Assembly: GCA_001949185.1 (NCBI GenBank)
Contig: BDGG01000002.1
Location: forward strand, 7,368,448-7,432,447
DNA: 64,000 nt
Source of the DNA: Ramazzottius varieornatus
Taxonomy: Eukaryota > Animalia > Tardigrada
Reading direction: 5' to 3'
Shown in pieces: positions 25,486 through 37,234 of the stretch (its first letter is position 1; each line of letters starts with the position of its first letter). Below the pieces are notes generated by a model. It worked only from the letters and a program-made list of their open reading frames with translations, was not told the origin of the DNA and did no database searches. A program made the translations under genes and the position numbers.

Positions 25486-27400
25486 ATGGCTTTCAACGCT
25501 TCTGGATCTGAAGGATCGACGGCGCCGCCTCGCTTCATCAAAGCCGGAACGACTGTCTTCACCTCGAATCCATGGCTGTACACGATGATTTCTCATACCA
25601 CCTGCGCGCAGTGTATCGTCTCGCAGAATCAGGACAAGCCGAAGATGCTACTATGCAGTGGATGTCGTTACAATGCTTTTCTGTGGTAAAGAACGCCAGA
25701 CGAAGAACTGGAAAGAAGGCCATAAGCATCACTGCGCCATGTTGGGTCGTCTGAGGGAACACTTGGAGATGTCTCCTCAGGCCTTCTCCACTCCGATGTC
25801 CGAATTTGAACTGACGCGCTTCACGGCAGCTTTGCAGTTGGCTCTAATGCTGCTGAACAAGCGACAGCTAAACATTCCGGAAACTCATCCAGGACGGGAC
25901 GGAAAGACTCCGGAAGAAGTCTTCGCCGCCATGAAAGTGTCCGACTATCATCGAAAGCAGTTCGGTTCGTGGAAGCAAGACTTCGATCCGCTCGTCGTCC
26001 CAGTCGCTCTCAAGATTACTCTCTCCGAAGCCGCCAAGTTCGCTGCAGAGTTCGGTGAGATCGTGCTGAAAATGTTGTACTTCTCTTACACGATGAACTT
26101 CGGGGCTGGCGCTGGCATGTACGTGGAAATCCCTTCGGTGCTTGAACGCTGCGACGTTAACGTGGGACCAGTTTGGCTAAACAGAGGTACTGCATAGTTC
26201 CTTATCCTGGATTACTTTCCCGCTTAACGAACCCCTTTTTGGTTTGCAGGGAAGACTTTAGTGATGAAAGCTATCGAGGACATTTCGGGTTTCACAGGTT
26301 TGTGCTACAGAGCATTGCTTAATGCTCTGTTGGCTTTCCTACAGTGTCAAATGAGATAATATTCTGCAGCCGTTTATGTCTAGGCGATCTTCTGTACGTG
26401 AGGTGGCCAATGCAATCGAACCCGTTGACTACTAACGAACGTCAACTGGTAGCTGAGAAGATGAATGGTAAGCGCTGTGAATGCTTCTTGTGCAGCGAAG
26501 AGTGCGAAGCCGAGCTGAAACCAATGGAGTGCCAGACCAAGGACTGCAGGGCAGCCATCTCCACAGACAACCGAGCATTCTTCCCGTGTAAGACTTGCGG
26601 GGTTCCCAGTACCGTCGAGCACTTACAGGCAGCTAAGGGAGAGTACGCGAAGCTACAGGCTAGGCATGAGAACGATCTTGATACAGGCGAGCGGTACAGT
26701 TCGTCTGACGCGCGCCAGAAGCGCACCATACTGTAATGCGTCATGAACTTCGCGAAGCACGTGATCACACGCGTACAGTTGAACGCCGGTCCGATAATTC
26801 TGGCCTACCAATCCCCTAAGGGATGTTTCGCGCGTATGAGGACGTGCTTCGCGAAGTTCATGAAGCATCACAGTACTAACCACCATGGAACAGAGTAAAT
26901 ACATTCATCCAGTCAACATTATCCGCTTGAACTGTCTAGCCTTCGTGGCAGACGTTCTTTACAGTCAGAATGATTTTATTGCAGCTTGGGATTACTTCAA
27001 GCCTTTGATGGAAGAACAGATTCCTGCCTTTATACTTCCGTACAATCGCTGCAGTGTGGCAACGTTTGTCAAATTTGAGTGCGCTTTTCGATCCGCCCAC
27101 GAAGCTACCAGAGAGTTGTGGCAGCCGGAGAAAGTTCCACAGGCTTTCAAGACTCTGGATGAAAGCAAGAAGCTGTTGGCGTTCGCTCGGCCTTACTACA
27201 TCTCCATGTACGGAACGGAAGACGAAGGTGGCGTCCTCCGCCAGACTGGAATATGGGAGGAAAACTTCAAAAGCTTGGACAAGGGGATGGCCAGGGCCGC
27301 CACAGCTTCTCTACACATCGTCATCCAGAAGAACCCTGGAGTACTCAAGTACAACTGGGGAAGAACCTCCGCGATCTGTTTCCCTATTTCTTGTTTCTCT
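25486..27400 (+). pseudogene. SMYD-family (MYND/SET) gene, disrupted
   Basis: MYND CAQC...CSGC...CGKE(R)Q...WKEGHKHHC with a frameshift at ~25680; SET NHSC position reads LERC; post-SET CECFLC; MITE in the last exon. Confidence 0.75.
26731..26873. mobile_element. 143-bp MITE with ~43-bp imperfect TIRs and TA target duplication
   Basis: TA|ctgtaatgcgtcatgaacttcgcgaagcacgt ... acgtgcttcgcgaagttcatgaagcatcacag|TA; removing it restores the host reading frame. Confidence 0.92.
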
Positions 27401-27739
27401 TTACGCATACTCCGCTTTTTTCTTTCATTATCGGTATACTTGTATTCATTCGTGTTCTACTGTCACCTTTGCGCATTCGCCAAAGATCTTAGTTTTCGTT
27501 TTAGCTGAGAGCGTTTACTTCCAACAGTACTTTTACACGCACTCGTACATTCGGTTGTTTAACGAACGCGCAATTCCATTCTCCCAATTCGTAAGTACCA
27601 AAAAGTTCTTCCAGACTTTTCCCGTGAGACAAACACCAGGGCTGAAATCTGCAAGGCTTTTCGAGCAAGACTGAACAGCTCTGCACCGTATCTTACTTGA
27701 ATCACAGTCAAAAACTCAGAACATAAACCGAGCAACGCT

Positions 27740-29693
27740 TTATGGATCAGTATCTACGGTATCCGGACGTTTTGCAATAAAGGCAGGCGCAGCTGCGGTT
27801 TGAAGGTACGACAAAGCGTTCAAAACAGCAGCTTTCCTCGCGAAACTCTTTGCACTTCCGGTCCCAAAGCAGACAATCTGCCGAGGTATCGTCAAAATCA
27901 CAAGACTGGCAGCTTCATTGCTGGTTCCATCCGAATCCTTCGCATCTTCTTTGACCATAGGAAGGCGCGACTTGGAACTTTTAGACAAGTCATACAGGTC
28001 TTCGAACAGAATATCAAAGCCAACCTCCGTCGCGATTTCCCGAAGCAAACCCAGCGGATCTGCATGCCGAGTAATTTCAACCGCCGACATGGTTCTTAAG
28101 ATATTTACCGTACTCAAGGAACTTGCCATTAGATCTTTGTGGATGTTCTGCATAGGCGGAGCTCTCTGTGGAATGGCGGAAGACTTGGCTCTTCGGGAAT
28201 GGCTCGTCTTCTTAGCGTAGTCTTCGCTGCGCTTCTGCCACAGATCGATGACTTCTTGTGAGGACTTGAGAATTTCGTACATGTTGTAGGCAGCTGCGCG
28301 CTTCGCGAGCTTCTTTGACTTGCCTTTGCCGAGGGACTTGTAGCTCCACACATAGCAGGCCAGTGTGAACGTGGCATCGTGCGGGTAGCCTTCGCGTCCG
28401 GCCGGTTCAAAGCGCGGCGGAGGCCATCGGACGGACAGTGTTAGTTCTTGGAGAGATCCAACTGGATTCTCGACACGACAGGCAGGAACTGTGTAGATTG
28501 TGACAGGCGCTGTAGGGGCAGTTGCCTCTCCAGGTTCGGCTCTCGAAGAAAACTCTTCCGTCGTTCCAGCTTGCGAATCTTTAGTCGAGGACTTTGATGG
28601 CGAACCTGCAAACACTCAGCTTATTACAAGTGGATAATAATTAAGGAGTATCGAACAAAAGATCAAAGCTGCTCTTGAAACTAAAAATGGTAGAACTTCG
28701 GAACAGACAAGGTGCACTTCCGGTTAGTCAAGAATTGACATACGCCGACATGACTTTGTAAAGACTATTGATCTCAAAGTCAAACTACCTGCGCTGTTCT
28801 CTGTTGTTGGTGGTGAAGCGAAAGAGACGGCCAAGTTGCTGTTGATCAGGGGAATGATGCTGTCCACCGAAGTCTCACTTGCACTCGGAGCTTTCGGTAG
28901 CGATACGGCCGATACCTGACAACCGTCCACTGCATCTGCTGCATCATCTTCCAAGGAAATCGCGGATAGCGCTCGCAGGAGGTTTCGCGCTGCCATTTGC
29001 CGAGCGTCTTGCTTCCTTCGACCACGTCCGGTTGCTTCCATACCGTCCGCGATAACTCTGTAAGCGAATGTGGGCTCATGGCTCATACCTTCAATTCCAG
29101 TCAGCTGGTAGGTGGCAGTTATCTTCTTCTTCGCTGTATATTCGTCCAGCATGGTAACGTAGGACTTGGGATGCCTGATCGGTGCGATGCCAGACGGATC
29201 ACTGGAAGGTTGGAATAAGGCATCTTTCTCCGTATGGTCCACTGTTTCCCATGAGGTTGCTTCAGGAAGAAGTCTTTGGGAGTACATCAGCGGTTGCTGT
29301 GCGGGTTCCACCAGTTCAAGAAGAGCTCTGCCTGCAACATATGGACGTCCGCGGAGGAACAAGTTCGCACAGAAAGTAGACTAGTTTTGACAAGTACGTA
29401 CCAACGTATGTGTCATGGTGTCTGTTAGTTACACCATGTGAGTCATGACAGAGTGATACACGTGCAGAATGTACTAAAATTCTGATGGAAAATCACGAGG
29501 AGAGTTGGATTACGTAGGAATTCTCCACGGGGATTGGATAATGTAACTCCGCCCAAATAGAGGTAAAAACAGAAATTTCCAAAATAGAACTAATCGCCTC
29601 ATTGGTCAACATGAAAATGCATCAAGTCGAGGGCGGATCAGCTATGTGGACGGGGCGTGACTTACCTGTGAGTGGTGGATTGCGAAGCTCCAT
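27740..29693 (-). CDS. Three-dsRBD protein, Loquacious/TARBP2/PRKRA-like Dicer partner, 3 exons
   Basis: dsRBD1 (KSYVTMLDEY...SHEPTF...GRGRRKQDARQMAA), dsRBD2 (NPVGSLQEL...GKGKSKKLAKRAAA), C-terminal dsRBD3 (VCFGTG...ARKAAVLNALSYL). First exon MELRNPPLT at 29693-29666 splices in phase. Confidence 0.9.
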
Positions 29694-29863
29694 CGAACCG
29701 ACAAGGCAGAACACGTTTACTTAGTGAGACATTACTTCATTTACTTTATACTTACAGCATCTATTATTTGAACTTACCGGATCAACATTGGAGACAGAAC
29801 AGGGCAGATAAGTGATAACGAGATAAAATAACTCGAGTTTCGACTTCACCAATGTGAGTGATT

Positions 29864-31700
29864 TTATTTGCCCATGGTAAACTTTGCAATTTGGCGATTC
29901 ACACATGAACCTTTCTGAGATTTTCCAGATTTCTCTCTTTTGGATTTTTGAGCAAGCACATTTTTCGCCTTGCTGGCAAAAGCTTCGAACTTAGGCTCTG
30001 CCACGCGCTGCCTCTTCAGAGCACGAAAATTGCAATGAAGACGAAACCGAATATAGCTATCTGAAGCGTTCGTGAAAAACAAATACGCGTTACAAGTACA
30101 TCTCGTATCTCGCAACAGAAGTTTAAAAGCTAAAGAGGTTTCTTCGGCCACATTTTACACTGGGAGCTCCAAGATCTTCAGTAGTTCTTTCCTCGGATTC
30201 TTGAACTGGATACTATTGTCGACGTACTGTCGAAATATACACTCCAGTTTGATGAAATGCTCATACCACTCCTCGGTACCGTAAAACAGGTTTCCACTGT
30301 CTTTGAGGTACGTGATCCGGGAAGGTCGAAGAAGGTCGACGGGGATGGGGATGTTACCATCCGCCTGCCGAGTATAGAAATACGCTGGTCGACATTCGGC
30401 ACAAGTGAAACGGTTCAGCTGTTTCTGAATGGACGGAGCCCCTAGGTGGTGGTAGAGGCAAGCAAGATCGACTTCGTCCAAATCTTCTTTGCGGAGTGGC
30501 TCTTCGGTTCATTCGTACTCCTCCTCTGGGAAGCTCTTTACTCTCTGCTTGCGCCTTTCCTTCAGAATGTCCAGATAGCTGACGAAATGATGTCCTCTTG
30601 CTCTTCAATGTTAGCACCTTTTGGGGTCTGAATCTTGGCGAGACTGGTCATCGAAAGTGTTCGGATGATCGCCGCCGTTTTTGCGCTGTCAGGATTGTTC
30701 AGCCTTTCTCCAAGCATTGATCGAGCTCGAGAGAAAACCGCTACAAAAACACTGTTACTTAGGTTCACGTGTGCACGTCTGTTACTGAGCATACCTCAAG
30801 CGTATCCTGGTTCATTGTCTGGGTAGCATAATGGTCAAATCCTTCGGTGAAAAGATGCTGCGAGATGGACAAATGGCTTTTGATGTTCATCATCCACTGC
30901 ACGAGAACCAGGTCCGGTAAGCGTTCATCTTTGGAGATTTCATTGACGTATTCTTAGAACTCCTGCAAGTCATACGATCATTCTACATGTTTTAGAGCTG
31001 CGTGAAATCTTGAAATGAACCTCGAGCTGTCGGTTGACCTCTGTCACTGCTCGACGGTTTTGGTGGTGATTCTCTACGGACACGGAGTTTTGACGATCGA
31101 ACAAGTTGCTGAAGAAAAGACAGAAAGCGCGTGCTGGTGCGCATCTTTCAGTTCCGTACACATCGGAGTTTTCCAGAACAAACTTGGCGACAGCAGTCGA
31201 TACGATCAAGCACACTCCAGCTCTTCGAACGTTCTGCTTCTCGAAGTTGTTGAACTCGAGGCAATTTCGGTTCATTTTTGGGGCTGGAGACAGGCCATGT
31301 CTTTTTGGGACGTCGTTCTACTCCACTACATTCAGGAAGAACAGAGGCGAGGCATAGAGGAATCCATACTGGTCTTGCATCGCTTCTCGGGTTTCAGAAT
31401 CAAGGAAATGTAAGAACAACTGGCTTTGTGACAGTAAGCCCTGAACCAGATTAGTGTGTAGCTTCAACGGATTTCCCAGTGGCTTGCAAACAATCAGGTT
31501 ATTCCGCGTGCGCTTCGGAAGATGGGGTGCGTCCCACATGTGGTAGATTTCACTGCCTCCAAATACGGAGAAGGAGTGAGACAAACTGATCAAGTGTTTC
31601 CCAGAAAATTGCTGGAGTTTACTCGAGAAACGTATCGGCAAAAAGCATCGACTACATACGTCACAGATTCAATCTTGTGTGAAACTCCCAGGATGTTTCA
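29864..31700 (-). mobile_element. Decayed P-element/THAP9-type transposase (C-terminal part)
   Basis: IYHMWDAPHLPKRTRNNL, NNFEKQNVRRA...FCLFFSNLFDRQNS, FSRARSMLGERLNNP, YIRFRLH occur in the order expected for P-superfamily transposases; many stops and frameshifts; no TIRs found. Confidence 0.8.
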
Positions 31701-32200
31701 GACCAATGTAATCGCCGTCGTGCAACTCCAGACACAGCTGAAGCCTTCTGTTGTACATATCGATGATACTGTTGATGTACTCAAGGTCATGGGGTTCGAC
31801 GGGGGCTCCGTTGATCCTGTAGTTCTTGTTGATCTTGATTACTTCCGTCACAAATAACAAAAGGAAGCGAGATCTACTACCAGTTGCCTCCAAGAAAAGG
31901 GTGAAAGGCTCGAGAAGTTCAGCGATGACGCGTTACCGCTCCGAAGGGTCATGGAATCATCCGTTTTTAAAAGCAGTCAGGACATCATTAATTCCGAAAG
32001 TCAGAATTACTCCCCTGGTACCGATCTTCTTCCAAAGCATCATTTGCGTCAATGCAAGAACATCCACCACTCTAGCACCTGACCAAGAACTGAAAAAAAC
32101 TTTAGAGCCTTGGACGGTCCCGAAATAAGCGGCACACGATTTCACCCTTGAGTCTCCGCTCCAGAAGAGAGAACAATTTCTGCTTCCGTTTTTTGTTCGG
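31700..32200 (-). pseudogene. SGNH/GDSL esterase-like domain directly upstream of the P-type transposase relic
   Basis: Block I LFWSGDSRVK (~32150), block II SWSGARVVDV, block III VILTFGINDV (~31990), then IDMYNRRLQ; in-frame stops; block V not clearly seen. Confidence 0.65.
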
Positions 32201-34387
32201 CGAACCTCTTTTAAGTGATCGCACTTTCTGATGGTCTGATGTTCATACTCCGTCTTTTGGATCGAAAGGATCCTCGATGCGTTGCACCGTGTATACACCG
32301 TTCTTCGTTGTCCCGAGTTCAGGAATATCATACCGGATGCCGTTAGCAATCACACTATGAATCTAGAACGAACAACGCACAGATCAATGATCCCGCCAAA
32401 CCCACGGCACCTTGACGTACCATAAAATATAACCTGCCGAGCCCTCAAAATGACGCTTCTCTCTTTCCATGGGGACTTCATGTTTATCCCACTCCGCATC
32501 CAGTAGGAAGAAAATTCCACAACGAAGAAATTTCCGTTTCTGCAAGTAAACAACATACAGCAAGCGCTAAGTCCTAAAATAAGCCTGGATCATCTGAATT
32601 AAAGATTCTTTTCAGATTGTCGAGCGTGGGAGTTTTTGTTTACAGATGGAGGTGATACGAGGTTGAGTTTCGATCTTTCTAAGGCATTGTAACGTTACGA
32701 ACAAGTAACTTCAGTTGAGGTCGCGTAAAGCAGCTGCCCATAGCACTTATTCTGGACTACAATGCGGTGTCTCGAAAAACACCGCATTGCCCTCATCCGT
32801 ATACCATAAAATTTTCTGGAACGTGTAGCCTGAAAACAGAAGAAAGTAATATCAATGAATTGTTACAAGTAACGTCTGGATGGTTGGCGCACTTGCTGCT
32901 GCGTAAGTTCCTCAAAATGCGCCGCTTTTGCGTAACCAGTGCTGATTGGGTGTCCATTATGTGCAAATCCTTGCTAAGTAAAGCTCCACCCATGAGCAGC
33001 TCTGTGTGCATGCGTGCGCATATCCTGCATATGTTTCCCAGACACACGCACGACGTTTAGGTCACGTGCTGTAGTCGCGCATGTTGCACAGGTGAGTTGT
33101 GACGTCGTACGCAGCATCGGTGTGAAAATGACAAGATTTCTGTATACGTTCATGTACTACGAACACGTAAAATGGATCAGCTACACACCTGTGTCACTGC
33201 GAAGGCACTTGTAGATCTGTGCTGAATTGAAAAAAGACGGAAAAGGCAGGGAAGAGTCGCGGTGATGGACTTTCGGACAGCAGCTGCAGACGGCGGCGAT
33301 GTACTTGTCCAGAGCGAAGACGTTCAGGATAATCTGCAAATAAAAAGCTGGTGTACTTACTGTATGCAATCACGACAAATCCAGTTAGCAGTCTTACCAT
33401 AAGCCGACAGGAAGGGAAGAAGATCGAGGTTGGTTCCGCAAACAGACGCACAGGAAGAAAAAGTTGTTCGTGAAAACGCGCGAACATTGCGTCATACGGC
33501 ACAGCCCTGTTAATAGCTCCTTGACAGGTTCGTGCCAACCAGAAGTTTATGTTTAGGAGAAGATGGGAATTATAACATGTCCGAATAGATGTCTGATCGG
33601 TTTGGTGGAAGTATGCCATATCAGACAGAGTGTGTAGGATCGTGGTCTTAAGTGTTATTCGAGTACAGTTTGTAACACGCAATTAACTTTACTACTGTAT
33701 TAATTATTCTACCGGCTTGCAGTGGCCGCACATGTTTTTTCCTTTGAGCAAAAAGATAACCCTCAAAATCTAACATTTAAACGGAGCAACGGATCCGGCA
33801 GAAAGTTGCTTGACAGAGTGGGAATAAAAATCAAACCTGCGTCAGTTCACTGATAAAAATGCCGAACACTAGCCAGAACAAACTTGCTGCTTTCTCCACT
33901 GATAAAAGAACTCTATAGCCTGCCAAACCCAACTCTCCGCATGATTGTGCCATGCTATCCAATGCTATAAAGCCTGGCATGGCAAACAGCTTCGGTACGT
34001 GTATCGCTCTGGTCATGATATAGCATTTCGGGCATACCACGTGCGAGGGCGGAAGCGAGGTCAACCGCCTCGTAAATAACTATGACTTTTAAGGCACTGT
34101 ACCGCCTGCCATTCAAACAGTACACAACACCTTCAGCAGGCTGCATGCTAACGCGGACGAAGAGCGGACCTAGTCCTGCTCCTGCAGGCTGCAGCCAAGA
34201 AAGGAGAGCTGTGATTTTGTTGATCCAGAATCCCAGCTGCAGTGATGAGCTGCTAAAAGGGGCCACCACTTGCACATAGCCTGCCAAAACCGCAAGCTGT
34301 CGAAGACGACCTTTGATAGTCATTATCAAACAGCTGGTAACGCGTACGTGGTGTAGACTTCCACACACAGACACCCGGTTCAAACTA

Positions 34388-34501
34388 CTGTATACTCCCC
34401 GAAATTCACGTACGTCACTTCATTCAGAGTGTAAAACTAGACGGTAAGACCCCAATGATTTGAGAGTCAGTGACGTACGTGAATTTCGGGAGAGCATACA
34501 G
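34388..34501. mobile_element. 114-bp MITE with TA target duplication
   Basis: TA|ctgtatactccccgaaattcacgtacgtcact ... agtgacgtacgtgaatttcgggagagcatacag|TA. Confidence 0.9.
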
Positions 34502-35105
34502 TATGTCACTCACGCGTTTTGCAGCCCAGCGATTGCTTGTGTTTGGCGAGACGGTTTTCTTTTGTTGCTCGGACCCCTTGATTGAATGAAGAGGTTAGAG
34601 GAACGTAATCAATTGCAGACATTAAGTTGCCAGCACCCCACTGTAGCTAATATGAGTTGCAACGTCACTCATAAGCGCAGCAGCTGATCAGAACTTTGAA
34701 TAGTTGGGCAGCCACCATGCTTCCCAGTGCTACACAACCGCAACTCCGATTATTGTTTTTCAAAAATAAGAGGAGTTCCGGAAAGCAAAATGTAGTTACA
34801 CGCCACGAAAGAGGCGGAGCAAGGCTGTAGCTACAGTTGCAAAGTGAACGGGAGTGGCAACTTAATCTCTAAATTAATCAATCGCTCAAGCAGGTGTTTG
34901 ACGTTCCGGCAAGGCCCCTTTTAGCAGCTCATGTATGCCCAGCGGCCAGCAGCCAGTTTTCATTTTCCTTGTTTCCGTCGACGGGACTTTTCTAGTCCCT
35001 TTTTGCGGAGTTTCTGTGACCTCCATTGCTTTCCCAGGACAGTCCCTTGTTTTCAGGAACCTTTTCTGGCCAGTTTTATCCGCTAACGAAGCAGATTTAT
35101 CCAAG

Positions 35106-36707
35106 ATGGGTCGCGAGGAGCTGAATCAGCGACAGAGGGACGCCTCGACTTCGACGTCCACTTCCGGATCCGGGTCATCGGCAATGTGAGTTAGTCTCTT
35201 CCTGTTCCTTCTCTCGTGGTCCTTAATGGTTGTTTACCTGCTTCAAATCTTGCTGTGCTTTTCCCGCCTGATTGCCAGCGTTAGCTGAGCTGAACTTCGA
35301 CGCGTTTGCATTGGTTTGTTTGCAGTTTCGTCACGGAAGAGAACGAGGAAATGGATCGAGAAGCCTGTCCCGATGAAGATATCAGCCGGACCCAGCCGGC
35401 CAAGGAACCCAGCTTTCCAGAATATTGGCGTGGCGATATCGTCTTTAGGAACGGTGACTGTGTACTGTGTGTGGTGAGTGGGTACAGTTCTGAAAACGTA
35501 GAAGAAAGTACATCTTGTCCATCTTACAAAGAAGCTGAAGCTGGACTTATTTTTTCAGGTTCGTTTGCCGTCTCATCTGACGATTGAAGCTGTGAAGGTC
35601 GTCCCTGGTTGGATTCAGAGGATCTACGAGAAGGACGTGGTGTTGACTTGTCGATATGGCTTGTAAGTTGTTGTAATCTCGTTGCTGTAATTTCGCCCAC
35701 TTCAGATCGTTTCGAAGCTTCGGAAGACTGACTGTTTTTCTTTACAGCGGACGAGTTTCGCAACTGGCTGTCCTGGACCACTGCAGTCACTGGGAGCAAG
35801 CTCTCGTGAAGCAGATGACAGCAGCAGCTACCGCGGGTCGAGTCTTGGAGCAGTTGTCATTGATGGAGGAAGTCTTTCCGGGTAGTCTGCTTGAAGATCG
35901 TTCAGACAGTCCATCGTATGCGGGTTCCTCCGAGCCTAGCTCCAGTTCTCCTTCCAACTCGTCGCATCACTCCGCATCGTATTATGGCAAGTCGCGGGTT
36001 TGGCCTCGAAGAACGCCTCAAGAAAGTCATCGGTCAAGAAACCTCCGCCAGCCAAGAAGCCGCACGCAACAAGGGACAAGCAACTCGCCCAGTGGCCCTG
36101 TTCAGCGCGATCAAGTCGACCAGCAGTTCCAGGAAGCTCCAATGGCTCCTCAGCAGAACTACGAGTACTTCTGCTCACCTCAAGTGAACTATATGCGAGG
36201 TACGCTCGAACTGTTTCCACTCGTCTTTGTGGAGGCTTGAAATATCGGAAGTAATCTGGAAAGAAACAAAATATACATGATCGTTATCTCAAGTGGCGCA
36301 CATCGGGAATTGTCATTGGCTTGACGAGTGCGCCACATCTGGTAGCAGTCTTGTACGCTCCGTCTGCTGCCATCCCGGCTTCCCCTCCACACTTGTTCAT
36401 CTTCCTTCCAGGTTTCCAGTGGTCTCCTCAAACCCCAGCGACGTACTCTGGTCAGGCTTACGGCAGCCCTCCAGCAGTTCAAAACGTGTTGGTTCCACAA
36501 CCTCTCTACACACAATTGCAAGGGCAGAGCCAGACCTTCTACCCTCGCTTCTGCACACCTTGCGGTAAGTACCGAGTCCTTCAGTTTGTCCCTCGTCGTC
36601 AGCTAAGGTTTTACCTGTACTGGTTCTTTCAAGAACTTGCAGTTGGTTTTTGTGTTGCAGATTATCGGGGCGTCCTTCCGACCGACCTTGGATACGCGAC
36701 GCAATAG
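35106..36707 (+). CDS. Uncharacterised 327-aa protein, 6 exons, with Ser/Pro/Gln-rich C-terminal half
   Basis: Exons 35106-35185, 35326-35473, 35559-35662, 35748-36199, 36412-36564 and 36661-36707 join in phase through five GT-AG introns into 984 nt with no internal stop. Confidence 0.75.
36290..36339. repeat. Intronic palindrome family copy (orphan gene)
   Basis: caagtggcgcac-N26-gtgcgccacatc. Confidence 0.85.
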
Positions 36708-37234
36708 ACTTCTGTTCGGGAAGCGGTCGTGACAGCACGTTTCTGTTTTCTGCTGGTTTTTTTCCGTTTTACAGTTTCAACTAGGAATGTTGGTTTCCTT
36801 GGTCTTTCTTGAAGCCAGCTTTAAAAGCTTTTAGAAATTTTCTGTACATTCTTGGGCCTGGGTCGTCGATAGCTGTCTATAGTTCTAGTCTTTGGCCATC
36901 GACGAAGAACTTCCTTGTAGACTTTGTTATAGCTACCTTTCGCGCATAGCTTCCAAGCTTCCTCTGCACGATTTGGTAATTGTGAAACCTCGACTCAGGG
37001 CACTTGACTCAGAATAAAGATCCTCATGTATGAGTGTGGCTGTTGAACTAATATCTCATCAGGAGTATCTTCCTCGAGCACCATCAGCTTCTCATTGATT
37101 TCTCGCTTCAACATTGCTTCAGCGGAGCCTGGGAGAACTCATACACTCAACAGCGAGATATCCACACTCAGAAAAGTCCAGAAACCCAAATGGGTCGTCG
37201 ACTCTAGTTTGATTTCATCTATATGAAAGGCTGA

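Noticed and set aside
26733-26873. The SMYD MITE as a self-splicing-out new intron (it contains GTAATG...CACAG)
   Set aside because: Splicing from GT 26733 to AG 26873 leaves 4 extra nt and shifts the frame, so it would not rescue the ORF.
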